A stretch of 54,144 bases of DNA from Chiloscyllium plagiosum (lineage: Eukaryota), in assembly GCF_004010195.1 (NCBI RefSeq), contig NC_057718.1, positions 2,738,996-2,793,139 on the forward strand. The letters are read 5' to 3'. Both the position numbers and the translations under genes were made by a program. Of the stretch, positions 22,603-34,994 are shown in pieces. Positions within the stretch are counted from its first letter, which is position 1; each line of letters starts with the position of its first letter. The notes under the pieces were generated by a model, which saw only the letters and a program-made list of their open reading frames with translations, ran no database searches and was not told the DNA's origin.

Positions 22603-25600
22603 ACTACAGAATCAATCCTTCTGTGCAATACCTGGGTCCTGGAACATAAGGATTATCAGATGCTGACTGCGGGGCATTATTCCCAGATTTTGCACACTCA
22701 TTGATAGAAATTGTAAATACTTGAGACCTCAGCACTGACCCTGTGACAATCTCTGATTCTTGCCCTGTCTGGCCTAATGTGACTCCAGAAGCACAGTTTA
22801 ATTTGATTAATGTATGTCTCCTCTCTGGGCACTTTGGAATGGCCAATAAATGCTGGCGAGCCATTAATGACAATATTCATGAACATGTGAAAGGTAGGCT
22901 TCACTAGTTACAGCCTGAAAATCAATCATTTATCATTGTTGTTTGTTGTTGTAAATCCAACAAGATAATCAACAAGATAATCCAACAAGATAATCAACGA
23001 GTCGATAATATTTTCACTTTCACAAAATCTTGGTGACTCTACCTGTCTGCATTGAGTTTTCAAAGTCTCTTGCTATAACAGCCTTGGGAATCAATTTGAA
23101 CAAAATGTTTGGTGAACTTCTTATTGTTTTCTACTGGCTTGGAAATTAAGTTGCAGGAGTTCCCATGTACCTGCTGCCCTTGACCTTCTAGATGGACATA
23201 GTTGTGAGTTTAGAAGATGCTTTCTGAGGACATTTGGTGAATTTCTGCAGTGCAGCTTGTCGAGGGTACACATTGCTGTTAATGAGTGTCAGTGGTGGAG
23301 GGAGGAGATGTTTGTATGTGTGGTGCCATTCAAGTGTTTGCTTTGTACTAGATGCTATCAAGTCTCTTTACTGTTGTTGGGATGTTCAAAGAAATGATTT
23401 GTGATGTACATCACATGGCCCACATTACAATGAGTGTCAGCTCAGTGGTTTGGACTGCTGTGTCAAAGCACCAGCAACCTAGGTTTGATTCCACTCTCAG
23501 GAACTTGTATGTGTGCAGTTTGCACATTCTCCCTATGGCTGCATGGGTTTGCTTTGGATGCTCTGGTTTCCTCCCACTGTCTAAAGACATGCAGATCAGG
23601 TGTATCAGTGTGTTAAATTACCCGTGGTGTCCAGACATAATCCTGTATTTCCCATGTTCTGGCCAGGTGGATGAGCCATGAGCCAGGTCATTTGATGCTC
23701 GAACCACTCACTGTGCAAAAAAAGTTGCCCCTCATGTCCTTTTTAAATCTTTCTCCTCTCACCCCAAAAACAGTCCTCCTAGTTTTGAACTCCCCTGTCC
23801 TCGGGAAAATATCTGAGCTATTCGCCTTATCTATGACACTCATGATTTAAAAGAAAACTCTACACAGTTACCCCTCAACCTCCAATGCTCCAGTGGAAAA
23901 AGTTTCAGCCTATTTTTATAACTCAATTCCTCCATTCCTGGCAAGATCCTGGAAATGGTTTCTGAACTCTTACATATTTAATAGTGTCCTTCTGATAGCA
24001 GGGTGACCAGAAGAGTCCCAGTTTGAGGGTTAGATGGGATGAGGGTAGAAGATGCAACAGGTAGATAACTGATCTATGGAGTGGAGACCTGTGACAAAGG
24101 CCTTCTTTCTTTTTTTTTAATTCATTCATGGGATGAGGATGTCATTGGCTGGGCCAGCATTTATTGCCCTTCCTTAATTGACCAGGGGCAGTTAAGAGTC
24201 AACCACATTGCTGTGGGTCTGGAGTCACATGTCGGCCAGACCAGGTAAGGATGGCAGTTTCATTCCCTGAAAGACATTAGTGAATCTGATGGGTTTTCCC
24301 AACAATCAACAGTGGATTCATGGTCATTGTGTGACTCTTAATTCCAGATTTTTGTTGAATTCGAATTTCACCGTCTGCCATGCTGGGATTCAAACCCAGG
24401 ACCCCCAGAACATGACCTGGGTCTCTGGACTAACAGTCCAGTAATAATACCACTAGGCCATCATCTCCCCATTTCAGCCTAACACCAACTATATGATTGC
24501 TTGCACTACACCTGATATGCTCCAAAAACTTGTGATTTCAAACAAACCTGTTGGACTATAGTCTAATGTTGTGTGACTTCTGACTATGTCCATCCCAGTC
24601 CAACACTAGCTCCTCCACATTATTGCTGGCTGAACAGCTTCTGAACATGAAAGGCTATAGCCAGAAGCCATCGGATCTCTGGAAATTGAGGTGGAGTCCT
24701 TTTCTCTGCAATAAAAGCTAACTAATGCCCAAAGAAAGCCAGTTTATTTTCCCTTACCAGCTGCTGCAAGCTGTTGGTTTTAAGCAGAATTTGTAAAACA
24801 GTCATTCTGTGTTTCCGACAAGGAAGTAGAAAACACCTGAAGAGAGAGAGAGAGAGAGAGAGATCAACAAGCAGCAAATCCTGATGAATAAAATGTACAT
24901 TAATTCACAGCCAAGGCAACACGGCTCTGCAGAAATAGTTTGAGCTGTTTTTAAAAATGCCTGAAACAAAGACCATCCCAGAGGGGGAAGGAAATCCCAT
25001 CAGAAGATGGAATGTGTTAGATTCTCAGAGTTCCTTCAATTTCTTGTCAATGAGGCTGATTCCAGAAAGTGAAACATTGATGGGAGATCTTCTGACCATA
25101 ATTCATATTCCAATTAGTAATTGTTCCAAATCCTGACATTGTAAACGTTATCTTTGCAAAATATTCATGCAGAGATTTTATCAGCTTTTTCCGTGTCTTT
25201 TACTGACTGAGAGGGAGAAACTGTGCAGCTGGTCCTCCTTGAAGATCTCTTCACTTTTTACCAAAAGAGAGGGATCTTTTCTCACTGTTTTTCGTCAGCT
25301 TGACAAGTTTGCTTCAGTTGTTCTCCTTAAATATCCAAACAGTTCCACATTCCGGCTTCTCACAGTGCGAGCATTTTTATGTCATCCTAATATAGGTTTC
25401 AGTTCAGTGTTTACTTTTTGCAACAGAACTTTCAAGGGTGGTTCTGATGTTCCCTTACATATTTCATGACTTTTTTTCAGCTGAAGAGTATACTCCCAGC
25501 TCTGTCTGCTCCTGCATACCCGATAGAATTGCACTTTTTACTAAAATTGTCTCCACTGCTCTTATTTCTCCATCCAATCTGAGTATCCTCACATCTGTCT

Positions 25601-26326
25601 GCATTACATCTGATTTGCTATTGGCTGCTCACTCCCTCACAATGGGACAAGAAGAGAAAGCCCCAGGAACTACCTGAGCCAGGATGGGGACTGAAGCCAG
25701 GCTCTCAGCAACATTCAACATGAAGCTCCAGCTAATTATGTTGGAAACTCCCAGAATATTATGATCACTCTTCCCTAGTCAGGTGACTCGGATGGCTGGA
25801 GTATAATGTAGAATAATCACAACATCTCCGCTTCAATCTCAGTCTCAGCTGTGGGAGCTCATGGAGATTAAGCCCCTCCCCTTTCCCTGTGCTCAATGTG
25901 GATCGAACCTATTGCCTCTCGAATGGGGAGAGATGTGTGTGCTCCTTTGTGCTCTGTGGTTCATTCCCAATCCCTGAGAGATTCCCCTGCAGATGTGACA
26001 CCTCACAGAGCAATCTCCCTGACTCTGCAATCCAGCCCGATGGCACTGACAATCTTGTGAGTTGAATGGAATTAATATTACTCATTCTCCAGGAAAAAGC
26101 TTCACATTTCCCACAAAATCCTCCTCCCATTGTCACAAATAAATCCCCTTTCTCCCAAACACACCACCAACACTTAACCTGAACTCAGCTTCCTCCCCAT
26201 AGTGAATCCATCCCTGAGATCACTCTCCATCATCTCCTCAATCATCTTGATCACAAACTGATCTCCAATTCATTCATTAAGCATGAGGTTTTTACTGGAG
26301 ATGATTGTCGTATAAACTCCACTTAC

Positions 26327-26510
26327 TGATTACAATGAGCTGGTTTCCTTCACCAAGGACACTTCCCTGCACTGAGCAGTAATAGACCCATGTCATTGGG
26401 CTGCATGTTTGTGATGGTCAGAATGAAGCTGTTACTAGAGGGCTCTTTGAAAGACTGGAAATGTTCAGTGAATCCTGGGCTCCATTGTGTTTTATTAAAA
26501 ATGTATGAGA
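26327..26510 (-). pseudogene. V4: 3' half of a VJ-type V pseudo-exon
   Basis: TQWSPGFTEHFQSFKEPSSNSFILTITNMQPND, then a 2-nt deletion, then YYCSVQGSVLGEGNQLIVI and donor GTAAGT. The 5' half is replaced by a Penelope fragment. Confidence 0.85.
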
Positions 26511-26514
26511 TAGA

Positions 26515-27270
26515 CATCTTGCAGTGGTTACCATGACAGTGTTGTTGTCATTTTTGTCCTGAAGGCTGGGCAGTTTGCTGCAAACAATGATCTGTTGAAG
26601 GTTTGGTGGTTGTTTAAAGGGAGAAGTGGAGAAGTAGGGAAGGCCACTACAGGACGTGTCAGAAAATCAACACAGATGCCATTATTACACGTAGGGACAC
26701 CACTCACCTTGTACACGGCAGGTATTCATGTGAATCAGCCTACATTGTCTATCTCATACGCTGCAGACAACGATGCCCCGAGGCATGCTACATTGGCGAG
26801 ACTGAGCAGACGTGACAGCAACAGATGAATGGACACCGCATGACAATCACCAGTCAGCATTAGAGACATTCAGCTTTGGACCTTCGGGTGACCATCATAC
26901 AAGGCAGACTTCGGGACAGGCTGAGCAGAGGCTGATAACCACGTTCTGTACCCAGGGGAATGGCCTCAACCGGACCTTGGGTTCATGTCACACTACAGGT
27001 GACCACATTGCACTTTACAGTCTCTCAAACACACACACGCACACACACACACGCACACACACACACACTCACACACACAAACACACACACTCTCTTACAG
27101 AGTCACACACTCACGTTGACCCTTTCTCATACACAAGCTCTCTCTCTTATGCACACACATACACCTCCCACACTCACATCCACACACGCACTCTCTCACA
27201 GGCTTACACCCCATCACACTCACACACACACTTTTCCAAGCTTGCACACAAGCAAGCCCACACTCTCTTG
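26515..27270 (+). mobile_element. Penelope GIY-YIG fragment with CA-rich simple repeat
   Basis: tacattggcgagactgagcag (YIGETEQ) motif, followed by a (CA)n-rich tract at about 27029-27270. Confidence 0.7.
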
Positions 27271-28614
27271 TAGAGAACATAGAACATCGAACATAGAAAA
27301 TACAGTGCAGTACAGGCCCTTTGGCCCTCGATGTTGCGCCAATCCAAGCCCACCTAACCTACACTAGCCCACTATCCTCCATATGCCTATCCAATGCCCG
27401 TTTAAATGCCCATAAAGAGGGAGAGTCGACCACTGCTACTGGCAGGGCATTCCATGAACTCACGACTCGCTGAGTAAAGAATCTACCCCTAACATCTGTC
27501 CAAAACCTACCACCCCTTAATTTAAAGCTATGCCCACTCCTTGCCACAGAGTGCTGTAGAGACAGAGTTCTTGTGTATGTTTAAACTGAGATAGATTCTT
27601 GATCAGTTGGAGAATCAAGCGCTACAGGGAAAGGGGCAAGGAAGTGGAATGAGGACTGTTGGATCAGCCACGTATCAAGGAATGTTGGACCAGCAGGCTC
27701 GAGTGGCTGGAAGGTATGCTCCTGGCTCTATTTCTTATAGTCTTAATACATTCTCCTAGAAACAGAGATTGTTGAAGACGGTTAAGGGAATAGGTTTCCT
27801 CAATGTAAAGGTTGTTGTTTATGAAAACATCCAGACGAGAGATATTTCATTGTAAATCTGCAAAAACTTTTAATGGAAGACTGAGAAAATCTTGGTAGCG
27901 TGAGTGCTCGTGGGAAAAAAAGCATCGCAGCTTATGAGACTGGAACAGTTAAATGAAACATGCAGATCTGGTAGTGAAGGAAAATTACCTCAAGTTTTGA
28001 ATAACTAGAACGTTTTTAGATTGATTCACTCATGGAACATGGGTGTTGCTGGCTAGCTGGCATTTATTGCCTGTCCATTGTTGCCCTGTGAGAAGGTGGG
28101 AGTCAGCTGCCTTTCTGAGCCATTGCAGCCCATGGACAGTAAGGAGACCCACAATGCTATTAGGGAGGGAATTCCAGGATTTTGACCCAGTGACAGTAAA
28201 GAAGAATGACACATTTCTAAATCAGGATGGTGACTGGCTTGGAGACACTTGCAGGTGGTGGTGTTCTGATGTATCTGCTGTCCTGGTCCTTCTAGATGGA
28301 AGTGGCTCTGGATTTGGAAGGGGCTAAGGATCTTTCATGAATTTCTGCAGTGTATTTTGTAGATATACACACTATCACTACTAAATGTCGATGGTGAACA
28401 AAGTGGGTGCAGTGCCAATCAAGTGTGCTGCTTTGTCCTGGATGATGTGAAGCTTTTTGAGTGCTACTGGAGCTGTACTTTTACAGTAAAGTGGGGAGTA
28501 CTCCATCACACCTGTGCCATGTAGATCATGGACAGGGTTTAGGGAGTCAAGAGTTGATTTATTCAATGCAGTATTCCGAGCCTCTGAGCTACTCGTGCAG
28601 TCACTGTGTTTATA

Positions 28615-28965
28615 TAGAATCCCTACTATTTGGAAAGAGGCCCTTTAGCCCAACATGTCCAACACCATCCCCCGAAGAGCATCCCACCAAAAAACATCTC
28701 CCTACCTTGTCCCTGCAACCCCCACGGCTAATCGCCAAACCTACACATCCCCAGACAATGGACAATTTAGCATGGCTAATGGCTAATCCATCTAACCTGC
28801 ACATCTTTGGACAGAGAAAGGAAACCACAGCACCTGGAGGAAACCCTTGCAGACATGGGAGAATGTACAAACTCCACATAGACATTTGCCCAAAGCTGGA
28901 AATGAACCCAAGCCCCCTGTGCTGTGAGGCAGCAGTGCTAAGCACTGAGCTACCGTGCCACCCCA
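28615..28965 (-). mobile_element. V-SINE (HE1-like)
   Basis: Reverse complement begins ggggtggcacggtagctcagtgcttagcactgctgcctcacagc. Confidence 0.8.
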
Positions 28966-29229
28966 GGTGGTGCGTCCAGATGAGTTGCTGGTCAATGGTA
29001 ACCTCCAGGATATTGAGAGTGGCGGATTCAATGATGGTAACACACTGAATAATTAAAGGTTGTGGTCATAATGTCTCTTAGTGTTGCTTGCTGGAAGAAG
29101 TCCGGCTCTGAATTGATGAGATGGGCTTCAAACACTGTGGCACATCTGGGAGGAGGAGAGTTCCCTGGAAGCTTTGTTTCAGGATACAGTCGCATCTGGT
29201 AGATTAATTATTTCAAATTTGGTAAGTAG

Positions 29230-30690
29230 GGTGTCACTGCAAGTGAGGCAGGTCGAGGGATTCTGCATTCAGGAACAGAGGAGCCTCAGCTCTTGACCTT
29301 GTCCAACAGGTACGAGGTATTTGCTCCCTGTGTGAATGAGGAAAAGGGCTGCAGGGAGAATGAATCAATTGACCACTGCACCATGGGACGGGAGGCCATT
29401 TAAGAAGCAGGAGCAAAAAGACAAGTGGTAGTTGTAAGGGATTCTATAATTAGGGGGATAGATAGTATCCTTTGTAAGCAGGATCGAGAGTCCTGCATGG
29501 TGTGTCGCTTGCCCGCTGCCAGGGTAAGGAATGTCTCTGACCAGCTTGAAAAAAGATTGGAGAGGGAGGGGGAGGATCCAGTTGTTGTAGTCCATGCCAG
29601 AACAAACAATATCGGCAAAACTAGGAAAGAGGACTTGTTCAGGGATTATCAGGAGCTAGGAACAAAATTAATGAACAGGTCCTGAAGGGTTATAATCTCC
29701 GGATTGCTGCCTAAACCATGTGCAAATTGGCATAGGGACACGAGAATAAGGGAAGTAAACACATGGCCAGAAGAGTGATGTGGGAAACAGGGGTTCCTTT
29801 TCATGGGGCACTGACATCAGAATTCGAACAAGAGGGATCTGTACTGCTGGGGCGGTCTCCACCTGAACCGAGCTGAGACCAATGTTCCAGCGAGAAAAAT
29901 AAATGGGCTGGTCAAGAGGACTTTAAACTAGGAAGTGCGGGGGAGGAAAGGGGTAAAACATCCCCCAGTGGGAAACAAAGCAGCAGGTTAACATCTGTAG
30001 GGCTGGATTCAAATGCATGGTAAAATATGAAAGAAATGACAGGGAAAGAGAACTTAGGAGAGGTTATTAAAGTCTCTAGCATTGACACAAATAGGACAGG
30101 GTGTTTGGAAGGGGTTCACAATCAAACTTCAAGCACACTGGACAAACAAATGACAATGAGAAGAGGGCCTGTTAATACAGGTCTGATGGTATTATATCTG
30201 AATGTACACAGTATAAGGAATAAAGTAAATGAGCTTGTGGCACAGATCGAAATTGGCAGGATTGACATGGTGGGCATCATAGAGATGTGGCTGCAAGGCG
30301 ATCAGAATTGAGAGCTGAATATCCAAGGGTTAACATTTTATCAAAAAGATAGACAGGTGGGCTGAGGGGTTGGGGTGATCTTATTAGTAAGAAATTGAAT
30401 TAAATCAATAGTAAGCAATAAAGTAGGGTCAGATGATGTAGAATTTGTGTGGGAAGAATTGAGGAACCGAAATGGTAAAAGAAATCTACAGTAGGAGTTA
30501 TGCACAGGCCTCCAAACAGTAGTCAGGAACTGGGCGCAAGAGACGCTAGGAGATAGAAAAGGAGCATAAGAAAGGCAAAGTTACAGTAATCATGGGGGAT
30601 TTCAATATGCAGGTGGATTGAGGACATCAGGTTGGTAGGGATTGTAAGAAAAGGAATTTGTGGAATGTGTATGAGATGGCTTTTTGAAGC
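29230..30690 (+). mobile_element. CR1 LINE 5' part (ORF1 SGNH esterase + ORF2 APE endonuclease), degraded
   Basis: VVVRDSIIRGID...LPAARV...VVVHARTNNI; YLNVHSIRNKVNEL; MGDFN. Confidence 0.85.
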
Positions 30691-30696
30691 AGCTTG

Positions 30697-31135
30697 TTAG
30701 AGGTCCCACTTTCCCCAGAAAGAACCCCAGTTATCCAAATACCGGAATCCCTCCCTCCTGCACCATCCCTGTAGCCACGCATTTAACTGTTCTCTCTCTC
30801 TATTCCTCAACTCTCTATCACGTGGCACGGGTAACAAACCAGAGACAACAACTCTGTTTGTTCTAACTCTGAGCTTCCAACCCAGCTCCCTGAAAGCCTG
30901 CCTAACATCCTCAGCCCTCTTCCTACCTATGTCATTGGTGCCAATGTGGACCACGAATTCGGGCTGCTCCCCCTTCCCCTTAAGGACCCGGAAAACACGA
31001 TCAGAGACGTCACGTACCCTTGCACCTGGGAGGCAACATACCAAACGTGAGTATCTATCGCCCCCACAAAACCGCCTATCTGTGCCCCGAACTATCGAGT
31101 CCCCAATAACTATTGCTCTGCTCTTCTCCACCTTT
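30697..31135 (-). mobile_element. CR1 ORF1 SGNH esterase fragment (young, open frame)
   Basis: IVIGDSIVRGTDRRF...CLPGARVRDV...VVHIGTNDIG. Confidence 0.9.
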
Positions 31136-31137
31136 CC

Positions 31138-31425
31138 GGCACGGTGGCACAATGGTTAGCACTGCTGCCTCACAGCGCTAGAGACCTGGGTTCAATTCCC
31201 GCCTCAGACGACTGACTGTGTGTAGTTTGCACGTTCTCCCTGTGTCTGTGTGCATTTCCTCCTGCAATTCAAAAATGTGCTGGTTTGGTGAATTGGCCAT
31301 GCTAAATTGCCCTTGGTATTCAGGGGATGTGTAGATTTTGTGCACTAGTCAGGGATAAACGTAACATAATAGGGTGTTGGTGGGTTACTCTTTGGAGGGT
31401 TGGTAGAGAATTGATGGGCTGATTT
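31138..31425 (+). mobile_element. V-SINE (HE1-like)
   Basis: ggcacggtggcacaatggttagcactgctgcctcacagcg...gggttcaattcc. Confidence 0.85.
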
Positions 31426-31789
31426 GAAAGTAAATTTATGATAAATTCTGTGTCCTATCACCCTGCATCTCTAGCTACCTGATTAAGGAGCAGTGCCCTG
31501 AAAGCTTGCGCTTCCAAATAAACCTGGTGTTGTGTGATTTTTAACTCTGTCCACTCCAGTCCAACCCCAGCACCTCCAGATCAGAACTAATAGAAGACAG
31601 AGAGTGAAGATAAAGGGGACATTTTCAGGATGGCAACCTGCAGCTATTGGAGTGTCACAGGGATCAGTGCTGGGCCATAATTATTTACACTCAGTTTTCT
31701 GGTCTGTGTTCCCAGCCTGTGGAGCTCTGTGTCAGCTGCACCAAACAATCCCGGACAGTGATAAATTCTCCTTGTGATACAGAATTTAC

Positions 31790-31835
31790 ACAAACTCCAC
31801 AGCAGCACAAACCATGAAAAGATCTTTTGTAGCAA
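31790..31835 (-). pseudogene. Leader (signal peptide)-like exon upstream of V4, with TTG at the start position
   Basis: 46 nt: TTG-LQKIFSWFVLLWSL plus 1 nt, then donor GTAAAT. Length, hydrophobic core and phase 1 match Ig/TCR-type leader exons. Confidence 0.55.
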
Positions 31836-32069
31836 GTTAAATTTCTCCAAAGAAAAGTTACAAATCATACAACACCAGATTATAGTGCAACAGGTTTATT
31901 TTGACTGCTCTTTCATCAGGTAGCTGTGGAGCAGGACCATAAGACACAAAATTTACAGCAAAAGAATACAGTGTCATGCAACTGAAATGATATATTGAAC
32001 AAACCAAGGCTGCTGTTAAGTCTTTCAGCTTTTAGAATGGGTTGCAGGTTTCGGTTCATTAATATGTAA

Positions 32070-32820
32070 ATCTCTGGATGTAGGTTTGCTCGCTGAGCTG
32101 GGAGGTTCATTTCCAGACATTTTGTCACCCTACTAGGTAACATCTTTAGTGGGCCTCAGGCAAAGCAGTATACATGATTCCTGCTTTCTATTTATATGAT
32201 TGGGTTTCTTTGGGTTGGTGATGTAATTTCCTGTTCTTTTTCTCAGGGGGTGGCAGATGGAGTCTAACTCGATGTGTTTGTTGATAGAGTTCCGGTTGGA
32301 ATGCCATGCTTCCAGGAATTCTCGTGCGTGTCTCTGTTTGGCTTATCCTAAGATGGATGTGTTGTCTCAGTCGAAATGATGTCCTTCCTCATCTGAATGT
32401 AAGGATACTAGTGAGTCAGGGTCATGTCGTTTTGTGGCTATTTGGTGTTCATGTATCCTGGTGGCTAGATTTCTGCCTGTTTGTCCAATGTAGTGTCTGT
32501 TACAGTTCTTGCACTGTATATTGTAAATGATATTAGTTTTGCTTGTTGTCTGTAGAGGATCTTTCAAGTTCATTAGCAGCTGTTTTAGTGTGGTGGTGGG
32601 TTTGTAGGCTGCCATGATGCCAAGAAGTCTGAGTAGTCTGGCAGTCATTTCTGAGATTTCTTTGAAGTAGGGGAGAGTGGCTAGGGTTCCTGGGAGTGTT
32701 TTGTCTGCTTGTTTGGGTTTGTTGCTGAGAAATCGGCAGACTGTGCTCATTGGGTACCCATTCTTTTTGAATACAAGGTATAGGTGATTTTCCTCTGCTC
32801 TGCGTAGTTCCACTGTGCAA
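32070..32820 (-). mobile_element. Penelope (Poseidon-like) 3' fragment with GIY-YIG endonuclease
   Basis: FKKNGYP...TLPY...TNIIYNIQCKNCNRHYIGQTGRNLATRIHEH. Confidence 0.9.
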
Positions 32821-33706
32821 CACTTCAGTTCAACACTGGCTCCTCCACATCACATTCTCCAAAGCAAACACTTACCCAAAGCAACACTGAGCGACAGCAT
32901 CACAGCAACTAGAGTTCCACTAATCATCTCAACAGAATGACAACCCAGTTTCTCCACACAGTTTATTGTACCTCCAGTTAATACTTGGAAACACAAAGTG
33001 CCCCAGCCAACTGCAGCTTCTTTAATGCCTTGTTTCAGGAGATGAAGAAGTTAAAGTATCAGTAAAGGAAAAACAGTGACAATAGAGTGCTGGCTGCTCT
33101 CTTCTGAAGGAGGATATTACTGGCTGGATTTTCTAAACGTGGCTCAGAGAGGTTTATTTCAGGAATGATGGGAATGACTTATTCAATGCAAGTTCCTCAG
33201 AGTCACCGAAACATCAAGAAATCACACATTTGTTGCAACCCTGTGAATGGTCAAAACACTTATTAAAAAACACACTGGGCCCAAACCCCTCCACTTTATA
33301 ACAATTGCCATTTATGTAGCAGTGTGTATACATACAATGAACACATTTTATCACCAATCAAGAAATGCAACCTAAAGACAATAAACCCCCAAAAAATCAA
33401 AAAACTGAAATTGCTGTAGGAACTCAGCAAATCTGGCAGCATCTGTCGGGAGAGAAACTGAGTTAACATTTCCAGTTCAGTGTTACTGTTTCAGAAACTT
33501 GATCAAATGGTTCAGTCTGAAGCAGAGTTCTAAAGGGAAGGGAACAATAGAGAAACAGGATGGGTTAATCTAGAGAATCCCTGAAAATAGACCGAGGGAT
33601 CGCAATGTGTGATTAACCCACAGCCAATCATTGTGGTCTCAGCCGGAGATCATCAAGCAGAATACAACATTAGTTAAATACGGAGTCAGCCCTTATATTG
33701 TTATAA

Positions 33707-33721
33707 TTATTTCTCAGCAAC
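33707..33721 (-). CDS. Candidate 4-codon terminal tail exon (VAEK-stop)
   Basis: cccccacAG GTT GCT GAG AAA TAA. Phase 0 fits the TM exon, and the paralogue at 39287-39301 differs only synonymously (AAG TAA). A minus-strand AATAAA lies at 32962-32967. Confidence 0.4.
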   Translation of the reverse strand, partial: VAEK

Positions 33722-34126
33722 CTGTGGGGGTGTACTGTACCACAGGGTGAGACTTGATCCCTGCCCTTGAGGTCTACAGTTAGGGACATTGCCAGTGTGC
33801 CACAGCCCCCTGATCCTGACATTGGTTACACATCTCAAGGGCAGCAGCTTCTCTCAAACAAATAGCTAGGACCATTTGTCATTTCTGTTGCTGTTCATTC
33901 AAGGCAGTTGTTGATAACACATGAATACACAGTGGGTTAGGGTGATATGGGTGGGGAAACTTTGTCACCTCAAATGTGCACAAGCTGCCAGCAGCTCCGG
34001 GTCATACTTTTCAATTAATTAGCTCAAGAACATAGACACACAGTTTAGTGGTCAGATAATTAGATTATTGAGAAACTGGTTATATCAGTGAAATTGAGTA
34101 CAATTTAAAATATCTGCTGAACTCAC

Positions 34127-34240
34127 TCTGTCAGTGATGATTAACAAAGATATAAACAAGAAGAAAACACCCAGACCACAGGCAGCAACTGTTGTTCTCA
34201 GTTGTTCACGATGTCATTTGCCAGTCTCTGACTGCAACAT
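34127..34240 (-). pseudogene. Transmembrane exon of the - strand receptor, with one in-frame stop
   Basis: tttcAG...GTGAGT; MLQSETGK*HREQ-LRTTVAACGLGVFFLFISLLII-TDR. Confidence 0.65.
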
Positions 34241-34671
34241 CTGAAACTGATATTAGGTCAAAATGTAGAAGCTGATGTGTGATTAGCTCAAACCTGATTA
34301 AAAACAACAGCTTGTATTTTACAGTGCCTTTAACACAGGAAAACTTTCCATGGGTTTCTCACATAGAGTCACATGGGGAGATATTAGTCTGGGTGACATT
34401 CCACAATGGCAGCTGAGATGAGGAGAAATTTCATCAGCTTGAGGTTGATGAATCTGTGGAACTCAATATGCAGAGGGCTGCAGAGGCCAAGTCATTGAGT
34501 GTACTTAAGACCGAGATAGGTAAATTCTGGATCAGTAAGGGGGCCAAAAGTTATTTGGAGTGACCTGGAGAATGAGTTTCAAAGACATATCAGCAATGAT
34601 TGAATGGCAGAGCAGGCTTGATGGGCAAAATGGCCTCATTCTGCTCCTAAATCTAATGGTTGTATATATGA

Positions 34672-34994
34672 AACTGAGGGTCAGTAATTGAATGGGTATA
34701 GCCCCACACATTGCAGGTGGAGACTGCACTGGGCTGTATGTTTGTAATGGTCAGAGTGAAGCTGTTCTAGGAGGGCTCTCTGGAAGCAGGAAAGCTGGAG
34801 GAGTTTCCTGGTGAATTATTTCTGGAACGAGCTATCATCTTGTCCTTTCTTTTCCTGGGGAGCTGTTGTTACCACTGAATGATCATTTCTGGCAGCTTGG
34901 TGTTCTTCATGGTGCACTGTCAGTCTCACTGTCTGATCCTCTCTGACATGATTAACTGTTGGAAATTGAACAAGCACTGGATTCAACATGGCAC
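34672..34994 (-). pseudogene. V5: third-subtype V pseudo-exon
   Basis: Acceptor ttattttccatttccAG; AMLNPVLVQFPTVNHVREDQTVRL/QCTMKN...IQW*QQLP...NSFTLTITNIQPS...CNVWGY. Stops and frameshifts; no GxG and no donor. Confidence 0.8.

Noticed and set aside
26812-27367. His/Thr-rich ORFs
   Set aside because: Translations of a CA-rich simple repeat.
29230-31135. Opposed CR1 fragments as a single twin-primed insertion
   Set aside because: Both contain ORF1 esterase sequence from different subfamilies with different degrees of decay, so independent insertions are the simpler explanation.
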